Positions 19,196 to 28,495 of a stretch of 64,000 bases of DNA are shown here, piece by piece. A model generated the notes under the pieces. It saw only the letters and a list, made by a program, of their open reading frames with translations. It had not been told where the DNA came from and searched no databases. Source of the stretch: an uncultured virus (IMG/VR IMGVR_UViG_2837005551_000004). Lineage: Duplodnaviria > Heunggongvirae > Uroviricota > Caudoviricetes. The stretch lies in the IMG/VR virus record IMGVR_UViG_2837005551_000004; one strand, written 5' to 3'. Every line of letters begins with the position of its first letter. Position 1 is the first letter of the stretch. The position numbers were made by a program, and so were the translations under genes.

Positions 19196-20152
19196 ATGTT
19201 TAAGCTGTGTGCTAAAATTGAGATAACCGGCGAGCGCTGCTGGGACATCGGCTTTGTCTCGGCGGTGGAGATTGTACGCGACACTGAGAAGCTCACAGCC
19301 GAAGCCAAAATAACACTCCCTAAAAAAATGAAGTGGAACGGCTCGGCTGAAATTCCTGTGCATCGTGGCGACTCCGTGCGTATTTATCTGGGATATAACG
19401 GTAATTTACAGCTTGCTTTTGTGGGTTATGTCCGTGACGTAGGCTTCAAAACTCCGGTTGTCATTACCTGCGAGGATGATATGTTCAAACTCAAACAAAT
19501 GCCGGCACAGAAAAAAGCCTACCGCTCTGTTACTATTGAAACGCTTCTTAAGGATCAGGGCATAACTTACCGGCTCAATGTTATGGGCGAACAGTCGCTC
19601 GGTGCTTATCGTGTCACCGCTGACACTGTGGCCGCTTTGCTCGGAAGATTATCAGAACAGGGCATCCGCTCATTTTTCCGATATGAGAACGGCGAGCCGG
19701 TTCTTTACTGTGGCGTGCTCTTTGACCGCGACAGTACTCCCTCGCAAGTGTTCCGCTCCGGGCTTAACATCATTTCAGACCAGAGCCTCCAGCAGCAAAA
19801 GGCTGAAAATATGCGCCTGCGCGTTAAGGCGGTCAGCCTTATGCCGGATAATAAAAAAATCAAAGTTGAGGTCGGCGACGCCGACGGCGAACACCGCACG
19901 CTCCACACCTACAACAAAACCGAAAGCGAGTTAAAGGCGTGGGCCGAACAGGAAATTAAACGCCTTAAACGCGACGGCCTCACCGGCTCTTTTACGACTT
20001 TCGGGGCTTCGCTTGTTGACTGCCTCGACGCTATCGGGCTAATTATCGACGGCAAAAAAGCCGGAGTCTATCAGGTCAAAAAGAATGTAATTAAATACGG
20101 CACGTCCGGCTACCGTCAGGAAATAACGCTCGGGCTGCGTGTCGGCGACTAA
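19196..20152 (+). CDS. Baseplate hub (gpD/gp44-like)
   Basis: LGYNG.L...FVGYV, CEDDMF.LK, GYRQEITLG. Confidence 0.75.
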   Translation: MFKLCAKIEITGERCWDIGFVSAVEIVRDTEKLTAEAKITLPKKMKWNGSAEIPVHRGDSVRIYLGYNGNLQLAFVGYVRDVGFKTPVVITCEDDMFKLKQMPAQKKAYRSVTIETLLKDQGITYRLNVMGEQSLGAYRVTADTVAALLGRLSEQGIRSFFRYENGEPVLYCGVLFDRDSTPSQVFRSGLNIISDQSLQQQKAENMRLRVKAVSLMPDNKKIKVEVGDADGEHRTLHTYNKTESELKAWAEQEIKRLKRDGLTGSFTTFGASLVDCLDAIGLIIDGKKAGVYQVKKNVIKYGTSGYRQEITLGLRVGD

Positions 20153-20162
20153 ATAAACAGTT

Positions 20163-20765
20163 ATGGCAGATTTACGAAATATCATCAGAGAACTGGCAAA
20201 GACCGACGGCGAGACTGTCGCGCTGGTCTGCACCGTGGACGCCGTGGACGAAAAAGCCCGCACAATCGACTGCACCCCGCTTAATGAGGGCGCCCCGTTG
20301 CTCGGTGTCAATCTACAAGCAAATCAGGGCGCGAATTACGGCTTTTGGCTTTATCCGGAAGTTGGCAGTTTTGTTATTGTCGGCTTCGTCGCAGACGGTG
20401 CCGCCGGGGTGGTTCTGAGCACTGAGAAAATAAAACAGGCCGAAGTCGTCATCGGTGACACCTCCGCCGTCATGGACGCTGACGGCTGCCGTATTAAAAC
20501 CGCCAATATGTCCGCCAACATCAACGCCGACAATATAATTTTTAACGGTGGCAAACTCAACGGCCTTGTTAAAATCGACGACCTCACAAAGCGGCTTAAC
20601 ACAATCGAAAACGAGATTAACAAGTTAAAGGGTATTATGGCCGGTTGGGTCCCTGTTGCTCAGGACGGCGGCGCAGCTCTTAAAACTGCCGCTGCCGACT
20701 GGAGCGCCGACACCCTTTTGCTGACAAAGCGCAGTGATTACGAAAACGAAAAAATTAAGCAATGA
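20163..20765 (+). CDS. Baseplate spike (gpV/gp45-like)
   Basis: OB-fold-like N-terminus, PEVGSFV, FNGG...GLVKI. Confidence 0.7.
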   Translation: MADLRNIIRELAKTDGETVALVCTVDAVDEKARTIDCTPLNEGAPLLGVNLQANQGANYGFWLYPEVGSFVIVGFVADGAAGVVLSTEKIKQAEVVIGDTSAVMDADGCRIKTANMSANINADNIIFNGGKLNGLVKIDDLTKRLNTIENEINKLKGIMAGWVPVAQDGGAALKTAAADWSADTLLLTKRSDYENEKIKQ

Positions 20766-21040
20766 ACGGACTGCAAATAGACACAACAACCGGCGACCTC
20801 CTTGTCGCACCCTCCGGCGCGCTCATCGCCCCGGCTGACTCTTTCATTGCTGAATTTGTCATCCGCTCCCTCCGCGGCGACATCAAGGAACACCCCCTCC
20901 TCGGTGCAGAAGCGCCCCTAATGCTCGCCGGCACTCCCGACCCGTTCTGGCCGGGCAACACTAAAAAAATGCTGCAAGCCTGCGGCCTCCCTGTCTCTAA
21001 CCTCACACTATCCCCCGACGGGGTGGTTATAATCTCTTAG
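20762..21040 (+). CDS. gp25/gp46-like baseplate protein, copy B
   Basis: RGDIKEHPLLG shared with 6342-6623. Confidence 0.65.
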   Translation: MNGLQIDTTTGDLLVAPSGALIAPADSFIAEFVIRSLRGDIKEHPLLGAEAPLMLAGTPDPFWPGNTKKMLQACGLPVSNLTLSPDGVVIIS

Positions 21041-21043
21041 CCT

Positions 21044-21472
21044 ATGCAGTTTATTGTTTCAGACCGTCAAACACTCCTCGACGCCGCAGTTATCGCGCTT
21101 GGCTCGGTCGCCGGTGTGTTCGCCCTCGCTCAGCGCAACGACATCAGTATAACGGCCACACTCGCCGACGGCCTCCCGCTCATCTTTGAGCTCGAGGACG
21201 TTGTGGCCCCGGCTGTCCGCTCGGCCTATGCCGTGCAACACATCAGCCCTGCCACCGACATACCCCGCGCCGATTATCTGGAGTTGCTCTACCAGACCGG
21301 AACACGCCGCCCGCCTGTCGCCCAGAAGTTCGACCCCGATAACGTCGGCATTGTGGTTGACAAAATCGACGAAGTGATCGCCGACCTTAACGCCGGCCGA
21401 CCGCTCAACATTCAGAGCAAAAACGAACTTACACGAATTTTTCAGGACCCTTTCGACGAGGTGTTCTCTTAA
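21044..21472 (+). CDS. LysM-like baseplate protein, copy B
   Basis: RQTLLD...ALA..N.ISIT.L.DG shared with 6046-6345. Confidence 0.65.
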   Translation: MQFIVSDRQTLLDAAVIALGSVAGVFALAQRNDISITATLADGLPLIFELEDVVAPAVRSAYAVQHISPATDIPRADYLELLYQTGTRRPPVAQKFDPDNVGIVVDKIDEVIADLNAGRPLNIQSKNELTRIFQDPFDEVFS

Positions 21473-21490
21473 CTCTTTTAATCCCTCAAA

Positions 21491-22147
21491 ATGGAACCAC
21501 TCACCCAAAACGACCTCAAGCAGCTTGACACGGCCGCGCTGCTGCTTCAAGCTCAGGCCATACGCGACGCGGTGGCCGCTAAAACCGTGTCGGCCCGTCA
21601 GGTTGGCGAGCTGTTCTGCGGCCTCATTGAAGCCTGCGACGACATCAACGCTGCCGTCAGCCTCTTTTTATCGGTCAACCTCCCGGAGATTTTGGCCGAC
21701 ATCGACAAACGGCTCGCCGGGGCTGACACTGCCGCAGCCGACACACGCGCGGAGCTCCAAAAGTCCGAAGCCGCCCGCGCCCGTATCGACTCGCTCATCT
21801 CCCAGCTATCCGGCCAGAGCCTCGCGGCTCCGCTCCGTGTTGACATCATCAGCGCGCCCCGTACTGTAACGCTCGCCAATCCCGTGCGCCAGCAGATACG
21901 CGCCCGCCTGTTCCCCAGCTTCGGCCTCGGCTCTGTCCTCTGCATGGGCGACCACCAAGCCCTCGACGTTTCGCCCGACGGCTTCATCACCCCGCTGCGT
22001 CTCGGCCGCTCTTATGTCAATGCCGTGGCTACCTCCGACACATCGGTTTACAAAACACTTTGCATCGATGTTGTGCCACCGCGTTGCCGTCTCACGGCCT
22101 CCGGCGCGCTACGTCTCGACGGCAAAGGTAATTTAAGACTCACATAA
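21491..22147 (+). CDS. Coiled-coil protein with C-terminal Ig-like domain
   Basis: C-terminus homologous to next gene (V.PDG, GALRLD..GN.RLT). Confidence 0.55.
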   Translation: MEPLTQNDLKQLDTAALLLQAQAIRDAVAAKTVSARQVGELFCGLIEACDDINAAVSLFLSVNLPEILADIDKRLAGADTAAADTRAELQKSEAARARIDSLISQLSGQSLAAPLRVDIISAPRTVTLANPVRQQIRARLFPSFGLGSVLCMGDHQALDVSPDGFITPLRLGRSYVNAVATSDTSVYKTLCIDVVPPRCRLTASGALRLDGKGNLRLT

Positions 22148-23268
22148 TGGCAACCGAAACACGACATATAAACTACAAAAGCGACTTTGTCCTCCGTGAG
22201 CGCTTCCGCGACGCTGCCGGCAAAATCGTGCCACTCCCCGACGGGGTGGACTTTGTGCTGACATATACAGTTAAGCACGGCCATACTTTCACGGCCTCGC
22301 GCTCCGGTGACGCTTATAAAAATTGCCTGCCCGACGGTGACGCCCTGCTTGTCATTTTCAAGGATCACGGCTTATGTGAGGGCACGCTGCGCCGTGAACT
22401 GCATTTGCAGCTAATTAACGACCTTATGCCCGACGGCCTGCAAAATGTATATTACCCCGCCGACCCCGGCGTAGAGCTCTGGCAGTTCGCCACCGACTCC
22501 CCGGGCGTCGTGGAGTGCGACCTGTTGGCGGCATACACCCGCGGCCTGCCGTTCACTTATGAGGATTTCACGCCGGAGCAGTTGGCCGCCCTCAAAGGCG
22601 ACAAGGGCGACCCGTTCACATGGGCCGACTTTACCCCCACACAGATTGAGATCCTGAAAAAGCCGGCGACCGAAGCCGCCGACCTCGCCAACACAGCAGC
22701 CAAAAAAGCAGACACCGCCGCAAATGAGGTGCGCGAACAGGCGCAAAAACTTGCCGACACATCGTCCGAAGCGGTCAAGACTTGCAATGCTGCCACCCAA
22801 GCCTCAAAAGCCGCCACAGGGGCCGCAGAAACAGCCACAGAGAACGCCCGCAACGCTGCCACGGCAACCAATGCCGAGCGTGAGCTTACAGAACAGAGCC
22901 GCCAACGCCTCGAAGCCGTGCCCGACCGTGCCGAACAGGTAGCCGCGCCAATTCCCGACGGGCTGCGCGTCATCAGCCCGGGCGTTGTCACTCTTGGCAA
23001 CGACGTGCCCCAATATATCCGCGCCCGGGTGCTTCCCGCCGGTGCGCTTCAAAATGTAATTTTTCAGGCTTTCGGCGGAGCTGCCGGAGTGGAGCCCGAC
23101 GGGCGTGTGCTGCCATTCCGCCCGGGTGTCGCCCAGGTGCATGTTATCCCCACGCTCGGCACTCGCTTTTACCAGACTGTTGAGCTGCGCGTTGTCGCTC
23201 CCTCCCTGCGTCTGGCCGCCCCGGGCGCGCTCCGCCTCGACTCTGCCGGCAATATTCGTTTAACTTGA
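22147..23268 (+). CDS. BppU-like upper baseplate / coiled-coil protein with C-terminal Ig-like domain
   Basis: INYKSDF N-terminus, FTYEDFTPEQLAALKGDKG, Ala-rich coil. Confidence 0.55.
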   Translation: MATETRHINYKSDFVLRERFRDAAGKIVPLPDGVDFVLTYTVKHGHTFTASRSGDAYKNCLPDGDALLVIFKDHGLCEGTLRRELHLQLINDLMPDGLQNVYYPADPGVELWQFATDSPGVVECDLLAAYTRGLPFTYEDFTPEQLAALKGDKGDPFTWADFTPTQIEILKKPATEAADLANTAAKKADTAANEVREQAQKLADTSSEAVKTCNAATQASKAATGAAETATENARNAATATNAERELTEQSRQRLEAVPDRAEQVAAPIPDGLRVISPGVVTLGNDVPQYIRARVLPAGALQNVIFQAFGGAAGVEPDGRVLPFRPGVAQVHVIPTLGTRFYQTVELRVVAPSLRLAAPGALRLDSAGNIRLT

Positions 23269-23280
23269 CATTTCACCGCA

Positions 23281-24525
23281 ATGGCTAATTTTTTAGATAA
23301 CATCCGCGACTATTTCAGCCGCCCCACACGCTCCCAGCTTCAGACGCTGGCGCGCGCCGTCGCCTCCAAAAAGGGGGTGCAGATTTCGGCAATGCTCCAG
23401 CAGCAGTCCGACTCCCTGACAAAAAAGGACATTGCCGACTGGCGAGCCGCTAACCAAATGGCTATCGACTACGAAAACCCAAACCGTTGCCGCCTTTATG
23501 ATATTTACGCCGATTGCGTCCTCGACGCCCACCTCTCCGGCTGTATCGCCCAGCGCAAGGGCAAAGTGTTGCAGAAAGATTTCCGCCTCGTGGACCAGAA
23601 CGGCAAGGAAAACACCGCCGCCACCGAACTGCTGCAAAGTGAGTGGTTCGCCGATTTCCTCAGCCTGTGTCTGGATTCTATCTACTGGGGGCCGACCCTC
23701 ATACAGTTGGGCGACATCATACGCGACGGCGGCCCGCTCCGTTTCAATAATGTGGAGCTTGTGCCGCGTAAGCATGTCATCCCTGAATATGGGGTTGTCG
23801 TGCGCTCCCCCGGCGACGACTGGCGCGGCGGCATTTCCTACCGTGAGGGCGACGTGGCTAACTGGTGCGTGGAAGTGGGCAAGCCGCGAGACCTCGGCCT
23901 GCTACTGAAGTGCGCCCCCTCATGTATCAGCAAAAAAAATATGCTGGCCTACTGGGACGTATTCGGCGAGATCTTCGGTATGCCTATGCGCATAGCCCGC
24001 GTTAACTCTCTCGACGAAGCGGAGCGCGCAAAGGTGGAGGCGTCTCTGCGCGACATGGGCGCGGCTCAGTACATCGTGGCGAGCGACGGCACCGAAATTG
24101 AAATTAAGGAAAGCAGCCGCGGCGACGCTTACAACGTCTATGACCGCCGCGTGGACCGCTGTAACTCCGAACTGTCTAAGGTGGTGTTAAATCAAACAAT
24201 GACTATTGACTCCGGCTCCTCGCTCTCGCAGTCAGAAGTGCACCTTGAAATTTTTGAGCGCACCACCGAAAGCGACGCCACAATGTGCGCCCACATCATC
24301 AACGGCCGGCTCCTCCCGCTCATGGTCCTGCACGGCTTCCCGGTCAAGGGCCTGCGCTTCCAGTGGAACAATGCCGCCGCGTTCTCTCCGGCTGAAAACC
24401 GCGAAAACCTGCGCCTCGTACTTGAATATTTCAACGTGCCGGGCGAACACATCACCGAAACACTCGGCATCCCGGTGGAGTCTCCGCGCGAAGCCAAAAC
24501 ACAGCCCGACCGTTTTTTCGACTGA
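23281..24525 (+). CDS. Portal protein (Mu gp29/DUF935)
   Basis: DAHLSGCI..RK, WDVFGEIFGMP, GSSLSQSEVH. Confidence 0.92.
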   Translation: MANFLDNIRDYFSRPTRSQLQTLARAVASKKGVQISAMLQQQSDSLTKKDIADWRAANQMAIDYENPNRCRLYDIYADCVLDAHLSGCIAQRKGKVLQKDFRLVDQNGKENTAATELLQSEWFADFLSLCLDSIYWGPTLIQLGDIIRDGGPLRFNNVELVPRKHVIPEYGVVVRSPGDDWRGGISYREGDVANWCVEVGKPRDLGLLLKCAPSCISKKNMLAYWDVFGEIFGMPMRIARVNSLDEAERAKVEASLRDMGAAQYIVASDGTEIEIKESSRGDAYNVYDRRVDRCNSELSKVVLNQTMTIDSGSSLSQSEVHLEIFERTTESDATMCAHIINGRLLPLMVLHGFPVKGLRFQWNNAAAFSPAENRENLRLVLEYFNVPGEHITETLGIPVESPREAKTQPDRFFD

Positions 24526-24568
24526 GCCGCACCCGGTCGCTTCTGGGAGTGGCCGGGCTGCGGCGCTC
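24513..24568 (+). other. Predicted -1 programmed frameshift signal (portal to MuF)
   Basis: T-TTT-TTC at 24513-24519, 6-nt spacer, hairpin from 24526; -1 frame continuous with MuF ORF. Confidence 0.75.
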
Positions 24569-26150
24569 ATATCTCGCGTTTAACGCCGCTTTGGGCGATT
24601 TGTATAGCGACGACCTCCTGCGACTCGCAGACGCGCCAGACAAGCCCGATTTTGACGACACGGCATTTTTTGACGCTGCCGGCATGGTCTATAATGCCGG
24701 TGGCTTCGACGCGTCGCAACTTTCCACCCCCGAAGCGCGCCGCCTCATCGCAGAGACTCTCAAGCAGATTAACCGCGCCATTTCCTCCGGCGTCTCCTAT
24801 GAGGTGCCGGAAACGGTGCGCCATGCCCTCGAAAACAATGCTTTTATTTTCTCCGGCTTCAAGGCTTACCACACGCTCCGCGAGGTGGGCTTGTCGCTCA
24901 CTACCGACACCGGCGAAATAAAGCCCTTTGAGCAGTTCCGCCGCGACGTGGAAAAAGTCAACAACCAATATAACCACAATTACCTTTATGCGGAATATAA
25001 CCACGCGGTCGGGGCTTCTCTTATGGCTGAACGCTGGCAAAAGATTGAAGCCGACGGCGACAAATACGACCTGCAATACCGCACGGCCATGGACGACCGT
25101 GTGCGTGAGGATCACGCCATTCTACATAACACGACGCTGCCACCCTCTGACCCGTTCTGGGAAATGTATCTGCCGCCCAATGGCTGGAATTGTCGCTGTA
25201 CGGCGGTACAGGTCCGCAAGGGCAAATATCCCCAGAGCGACCCGGCCCTCTCCATGCTCCGGGGCAACAACTGCACCGAAGCGGCCAAACAGCAGATTTT
25301 CCGCTTCAATCCCGGCAAAACATTAGAACTGTTTCCAGCCAAGCACCCATATTTCAAAGGGCCGAAGCCGCAGCAGGTAAAGCAGGCCATTGAGGGCTAC
25401 ACACCTGCGGAGTGGACCCCTAAAACAGTGGCCGAAGCTGAGCAATTTTTCCGCGACAAACTCGGCGTTAACTGCTCCCTAAAAGGCTTTACTAAAACCA
25501 ATATGGCACAAATTGAGTCTATTTTCCGAAGCGTGGAGCGCCATTTTCAATGTTGGCCGGAACTAAAAAAAGAAACGTTGTTTGTCGGTACCATTCGCGG
25601 TCGTACTGAGTTAATGACCTCCGCGCTGTTTGAGGAATACAAACGACTATACCCGGGACAACGTGAAAGCCTCCTGCTGGATATGGCTAAAAAATACGCC
25701 CGCAAAGCCTGTGCAAGTCCCGGTTGTTATGCCTATTCTCACGGATATGGCAAGCAGTACGGTTTAAGCGGTATTTGTTTTAACACCTCATGGGCTGGCG
25801 AAAAAATAGATAAGTCACTCGCCAGCGATGTTAAAAGCAAGTGGCACCCGCCCGGCTGCGGTACTCTTAAAGCGGTTTTTGACCATGAGCTGGGCCATGA
25901 GATTGACCGCCTGCTGGGCCTCCGCTCAAATGCAGACTTTCTCAAGCTGTTCAATCAGGAACACAGCAAGGGCAAAGCGCACATTACCGAGGTACTCTCA
26001 ACCTATGGCAATAAAAATGCCGCTGAGTTCATCGCTGAGGCGTGGTCCGAATATCTTAACAACGAAAAACCGCGGCCAATAGCGGTCGCGGTGGGTAATA
26101 TCATTAAAAAACTATATGAAGAAAAACATCAATCTTCATCAAGCAAATAA
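24549..26150 (+). CDS. MuF (gp30) head morphogenesis protein with C-terminal HEXXH metallopeptidase domain
   Basis: YRTAMDDRVREDH, PPNGWNCRC; C-terminal HELGH and STYG..NAAEFIAEAW. Confidence 0.88.
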   Translation: MAGLRRSYLAFNAALGDLYSDDLLRLADAPDKPDFDDTAFFDAAGMVYNAGGFDASQLSTPEARRLIAETLKQINRAISSGVSYEVPETVRHALENNAFIFSGFKAYHTLREVGLSLTTDTGEIKPFEQFRRDVEKVNNQYNHNYLYAEYNHAVGASLMAERWQKIEADGDKYDLQYRTAMDDRVREDHAILHNTTLPPSDPFWEMYLPPNGWNCRCTAVQVRKGKYPQSDPALSMLRGNNCTEAAKQQIFRFNPGKTLELFPAKHPYFKGPKPQQVKQAIEGYTPAEWTPKTVAEAEQFFRDKLGVNCSLKGFTKTNMAQIESIFRSVERHFQCWPELKKETLFVGTIRGRTELMTSALFEEYKRLYPGQRESLLLDMAKKYARKACASPGCYAYSHGYGKQYGLSGICFNTSWAGEKIDKSLASDVKSKWHPPGCGTLKAVFDHELGHEIDRLLGLRSNADFLKLFNQEHSKGKAHITEVLSTYGNKNAAEFIAEAWSEYLNNEKPRPIAVAVGNIIKKLYEEKHQSSSSK

Positions 26151-26356
26151 ACGCGCATTTTCTCGCGCTCCCCCTTGGGTTCAAATACAAAATTGCCCTT
26201 TTGTCCGGGCAATATATGGTCGTGACTCTCTGCCCCGTCCTCTATGATTTCAGACGGGATAAAGTCAAAAGCGGCACAGGTAAGCCCACGCCGAAAATGC
26301 TTGCAGTCCTCACACATGTAAGGTTGCGTTATTTCCTTATCGATAATATGTCCCAT
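26129..26356 (-). CDS. Small Cys/His protein, candidate immunity protein
   Basis: CEDCKH...C.AF..IP.EI.....H; convergent with MuF; TAAATTTG at 26372-26365. Confidence 0.65.
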   Translation of the reverse strand: MGHIIDKEITQPYMCEDCKHFRRGLTCAAFDFIPSEIIEDGAESHDHILPGQKGNFVFEPKGEREKMRVYLLDED

Positions 26357-26412
26357 TGTAGCCGCAAATTTAATAATTTATTCTGGTATAACAACACTTA
26401 AACACCAATTAA

Positions 26413-26895
26413 ATGCTCGACCCCAAGCAATTAAAGGCCGATATTCTCGAAGATATGCGCGTGGAGCTCTCCGACGAGTTCGACCGCAACTTTGAACGTA
26501 AGGGCTTTTTCTCCGACAAGTGGAAGCCTCGCGCACACGATTACGCGCGTGGCTCGCTCCTCATGCAGTCCAAGGCAATGCGCCGCTCCACACAGGGCGA
26601 AGTGTCCGGCGACGGCGTGCGCTTTACCTCCTCGGAGCCTTACACGGCCCTGCACAATGAGGGCGGGACAATCACCGTTACCGGCAAAATGAAACGCTTC
26701 TTTTGGGCGAAGTTCAAGGAAACAGGCGAGGTCGGCTGGAAATATATGGCCCTTATGAAAGTGGGGCAGGTTATCAAAATCCCGCAACGCCAGTTTATCG
26801 GCGACGGCCCGGAAACGCAAAAATTGATCCGCGACGTTATCCAGAGCAACCTCGACAAATTCAATTTACAACTAACTGAATTTTTAAGACAATGA
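26413..26895 (+). CDS. Virion morphogenesis protein (Mu gpG-like)
   Basis: HNEGG, IPQRQFIG. Confidence 0.85.
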   Translation: MLDPKQLKADILEDMRVELSDEFDRNFERKGFFSDKWKPRAHDYARGSLLMQSKAMRRSTQGEVSGDGVRFTSSEPYTALHNEGGTITVTGKMKRFFWAKFKETGEVGWKYMALMKVGQVIKIPQRQFIGDGPETQKLIRDVIQSNLDKFNLQLTEFLRQ

Positions 26896-27377
26896 GAAAA
26901 GCAATTTTTTACGCTGTGGCCGAAGCCGTGGCCGCTGTTCCGGGCGTGGAGTTCGTGGACCTCTGGAACGACGACGGCTCGCACTTTTCCGGCGGTGCCG
27001 TCTATCCGCTCCCGGCGGTGTTCGTGGAGTTTGAAGCTGTGGAGTGGAAGCAGCAGGGAATGGGCGCCCGCCGTGGCTCGCTCGCCCTCCGGCTTCATGT
27101 CCTCACCCGTGCCGTGCTGACACACGGCCACAACGACCCCCACATTCCTGAAGCCTTTGAGGTGTTCGACCTCCTCGACCATATCAACGCCGCAATGCAA
27201 GGACTGCGCGGCCCCCATTTCTCCGGCTTCATGCTCACCACCTCGGCGACAAACCACGCACACACCGAAATATGGGAAAATGTGGAGCGTTACATCTGCG
27301 GGGTGCAGGACATCACCGCTATGCGGCCGCCCTCGCGCGTTCTCGGCCTCTCTGCGGCCATTAAACAGACCGACTAA
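26892..27377 (+). CDS. Tail terminator-like protein (Mu gp37-like)
   Basis: VDLWN, PAVFVEF. Confidence 0.65.
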   Translation: MRKAIFYAVAEAVAAVPGVEFVDLWNDDGSHFSGGAVYPLPAVFVEFEAVEWKQQGMGARRGSLALRLHVLTRAVLTHGHNDPHIPEAFEVFDLLDHINAAMQGLRGPHFSGFMLTTSATNHAHTEIWENVERYICGVQDITAMRPPSRVLGLSAAIKQTD

Positions 27378-27383
27378 TACAAC

Positions 27384-27420
27384 AACACCCCCGGCGGCTC
27401 TTGCGTCCGTCAGGGGTGTT
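27384..27420. terminator. Hairpin between convergent late and early operons
   Basis: AACACCCC...GGGGTGTT followed by T-rich run. Confidence 0.7.
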
Positions 27421-27425
27421 TATTT

Positions 27426-27668
27426 TCACCAATCATCAAACAGGGAGGGGGCGGTGTCGCGGTTTCGTTCCTCTTTGTCCGGGTCAACGCCCAGCAAATT
27501 TAGATAAGTGCGGTAACAAATGCCAAACTCGGGCTCGATATAGCGCCGCCACACTGCCGCGTAACATTTGGCTTGGTTGCCTGCTTCGTAATGCAAGGCC
27601 GTGACAGCCTTGATTTTTGCAGCTCGCGCCAGCGTGCTTTTATGTCGCTTTTTGCTTGTCATTCTCAC
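27426..27668 (-). CDS. Small DNA-binding protein, candidate late activator
   Basis: Last early gene (Mu C/Mor position); VWRRYIEPEFGICYRTY. Confidence 0.5.
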   Translation of the reverse strand: MRMTSKKRHKSTLARAAKIKAVTALHYEAGNQAKCYAAVWRRYIEPEFGICYRTYLNLLGVDPDKEERNRDTAPSLFDDW

Positions 27669-27757
27669 CGATTTTTACTAACTTTGCACTGTCCTTTTAC
27701 ATCAGGCTCAGCGCTGGCGGTTAGCGGCTTCGGTTCGCACGCTGGCGCGGCGTCTTT

Positions 27758-28495
27758 TTAAGGCTCTGCCTTTGCCTCGGTCTCGTCCGCCTCTGCGGTC
27801 GCTTCCGGGGCTTTTTCTTCCTCGGTCAGAAGATCCACGTCTGTAATGCCAAGCGGTATGTTACGCCAAGCGCCGGTCCCTTTGTCGCGGTACTGGGCGC
27901 GGATATAGCGCCGTGTGGCCGTCGGCTGGTAACTCTCGCGAATAATTTTCACACCCTCTTTGAACTGGTCGTCGTCGCTCTCGTCGGCAAGTTTCTGCAA
28001 CTGGAGCACACGGCTGGCGTTGAGGTTGCCCTGCTTGTCAGTGCTCAGCAGCCGGAGAACGGTCTGCACAAGCGTTTTGGTTTTCGCGTCGGTCGCAAGG
28101 CTTTCAATGTACTTGCGTACCATTGCAATGCCGGCCGTTACCATGTCGCCCCAGCCGTCAACGGTGTTAACGCCTAATGTCAGGCGCATGGTGCTGTCTT
28201 GGTTGGTGAATGTGTGCGACCATTGCCCATCCTCCTTGAAGCCCACGACCTCGGCTTTCATTTTGAGCACAGTGTCAAAATTGCCGAATACGGTATCTTT
28301 TACCGTCTTAATCTGTTCGCTCAGGCTGCGGAGCTCGGGGAGCGCGGTCTCCAGCTCTTGGTCCACTAATTGCGCGTAAGTCTCGCGCTGCTGTTTGCGG
28401 CGCTCTGCCGCTTCCTTTTTCTTTTCGGCTTCCTGAAAAGCCTCCCACTTGGCGAGCTGTTCCGCCGTCATGGTAACTTGGGTCTTTTCACTCAT
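27758..28495 (-). CDS. DUF3164-like Mu-type early protein
   Basis: GNLNASRVLQL, F.EGVKIIRESY. Confidence 0.75.
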   Translation of the reverse strand: MSEKTQVTMTAEQLAKWEAFQEAEKKKEAAERRKQQRETYAQLVDQELETALPELRSLSEQIKTVKDTVFGNFDTVLKMKAEVVGFKEDGQWSHTFTNQDSTMRLTLGVNTVDGWGDMVTAGIAMVRKYIESLATDAKTKTLVQTVLRLLSTDKQGNLNASRVLQLQKLADESDDDQFKEGVKIIRESYQPTATRRYIRAQYRDKGTGAWRNIPLGITDVDLLTEEEKAPEATAEADETEAKAEP

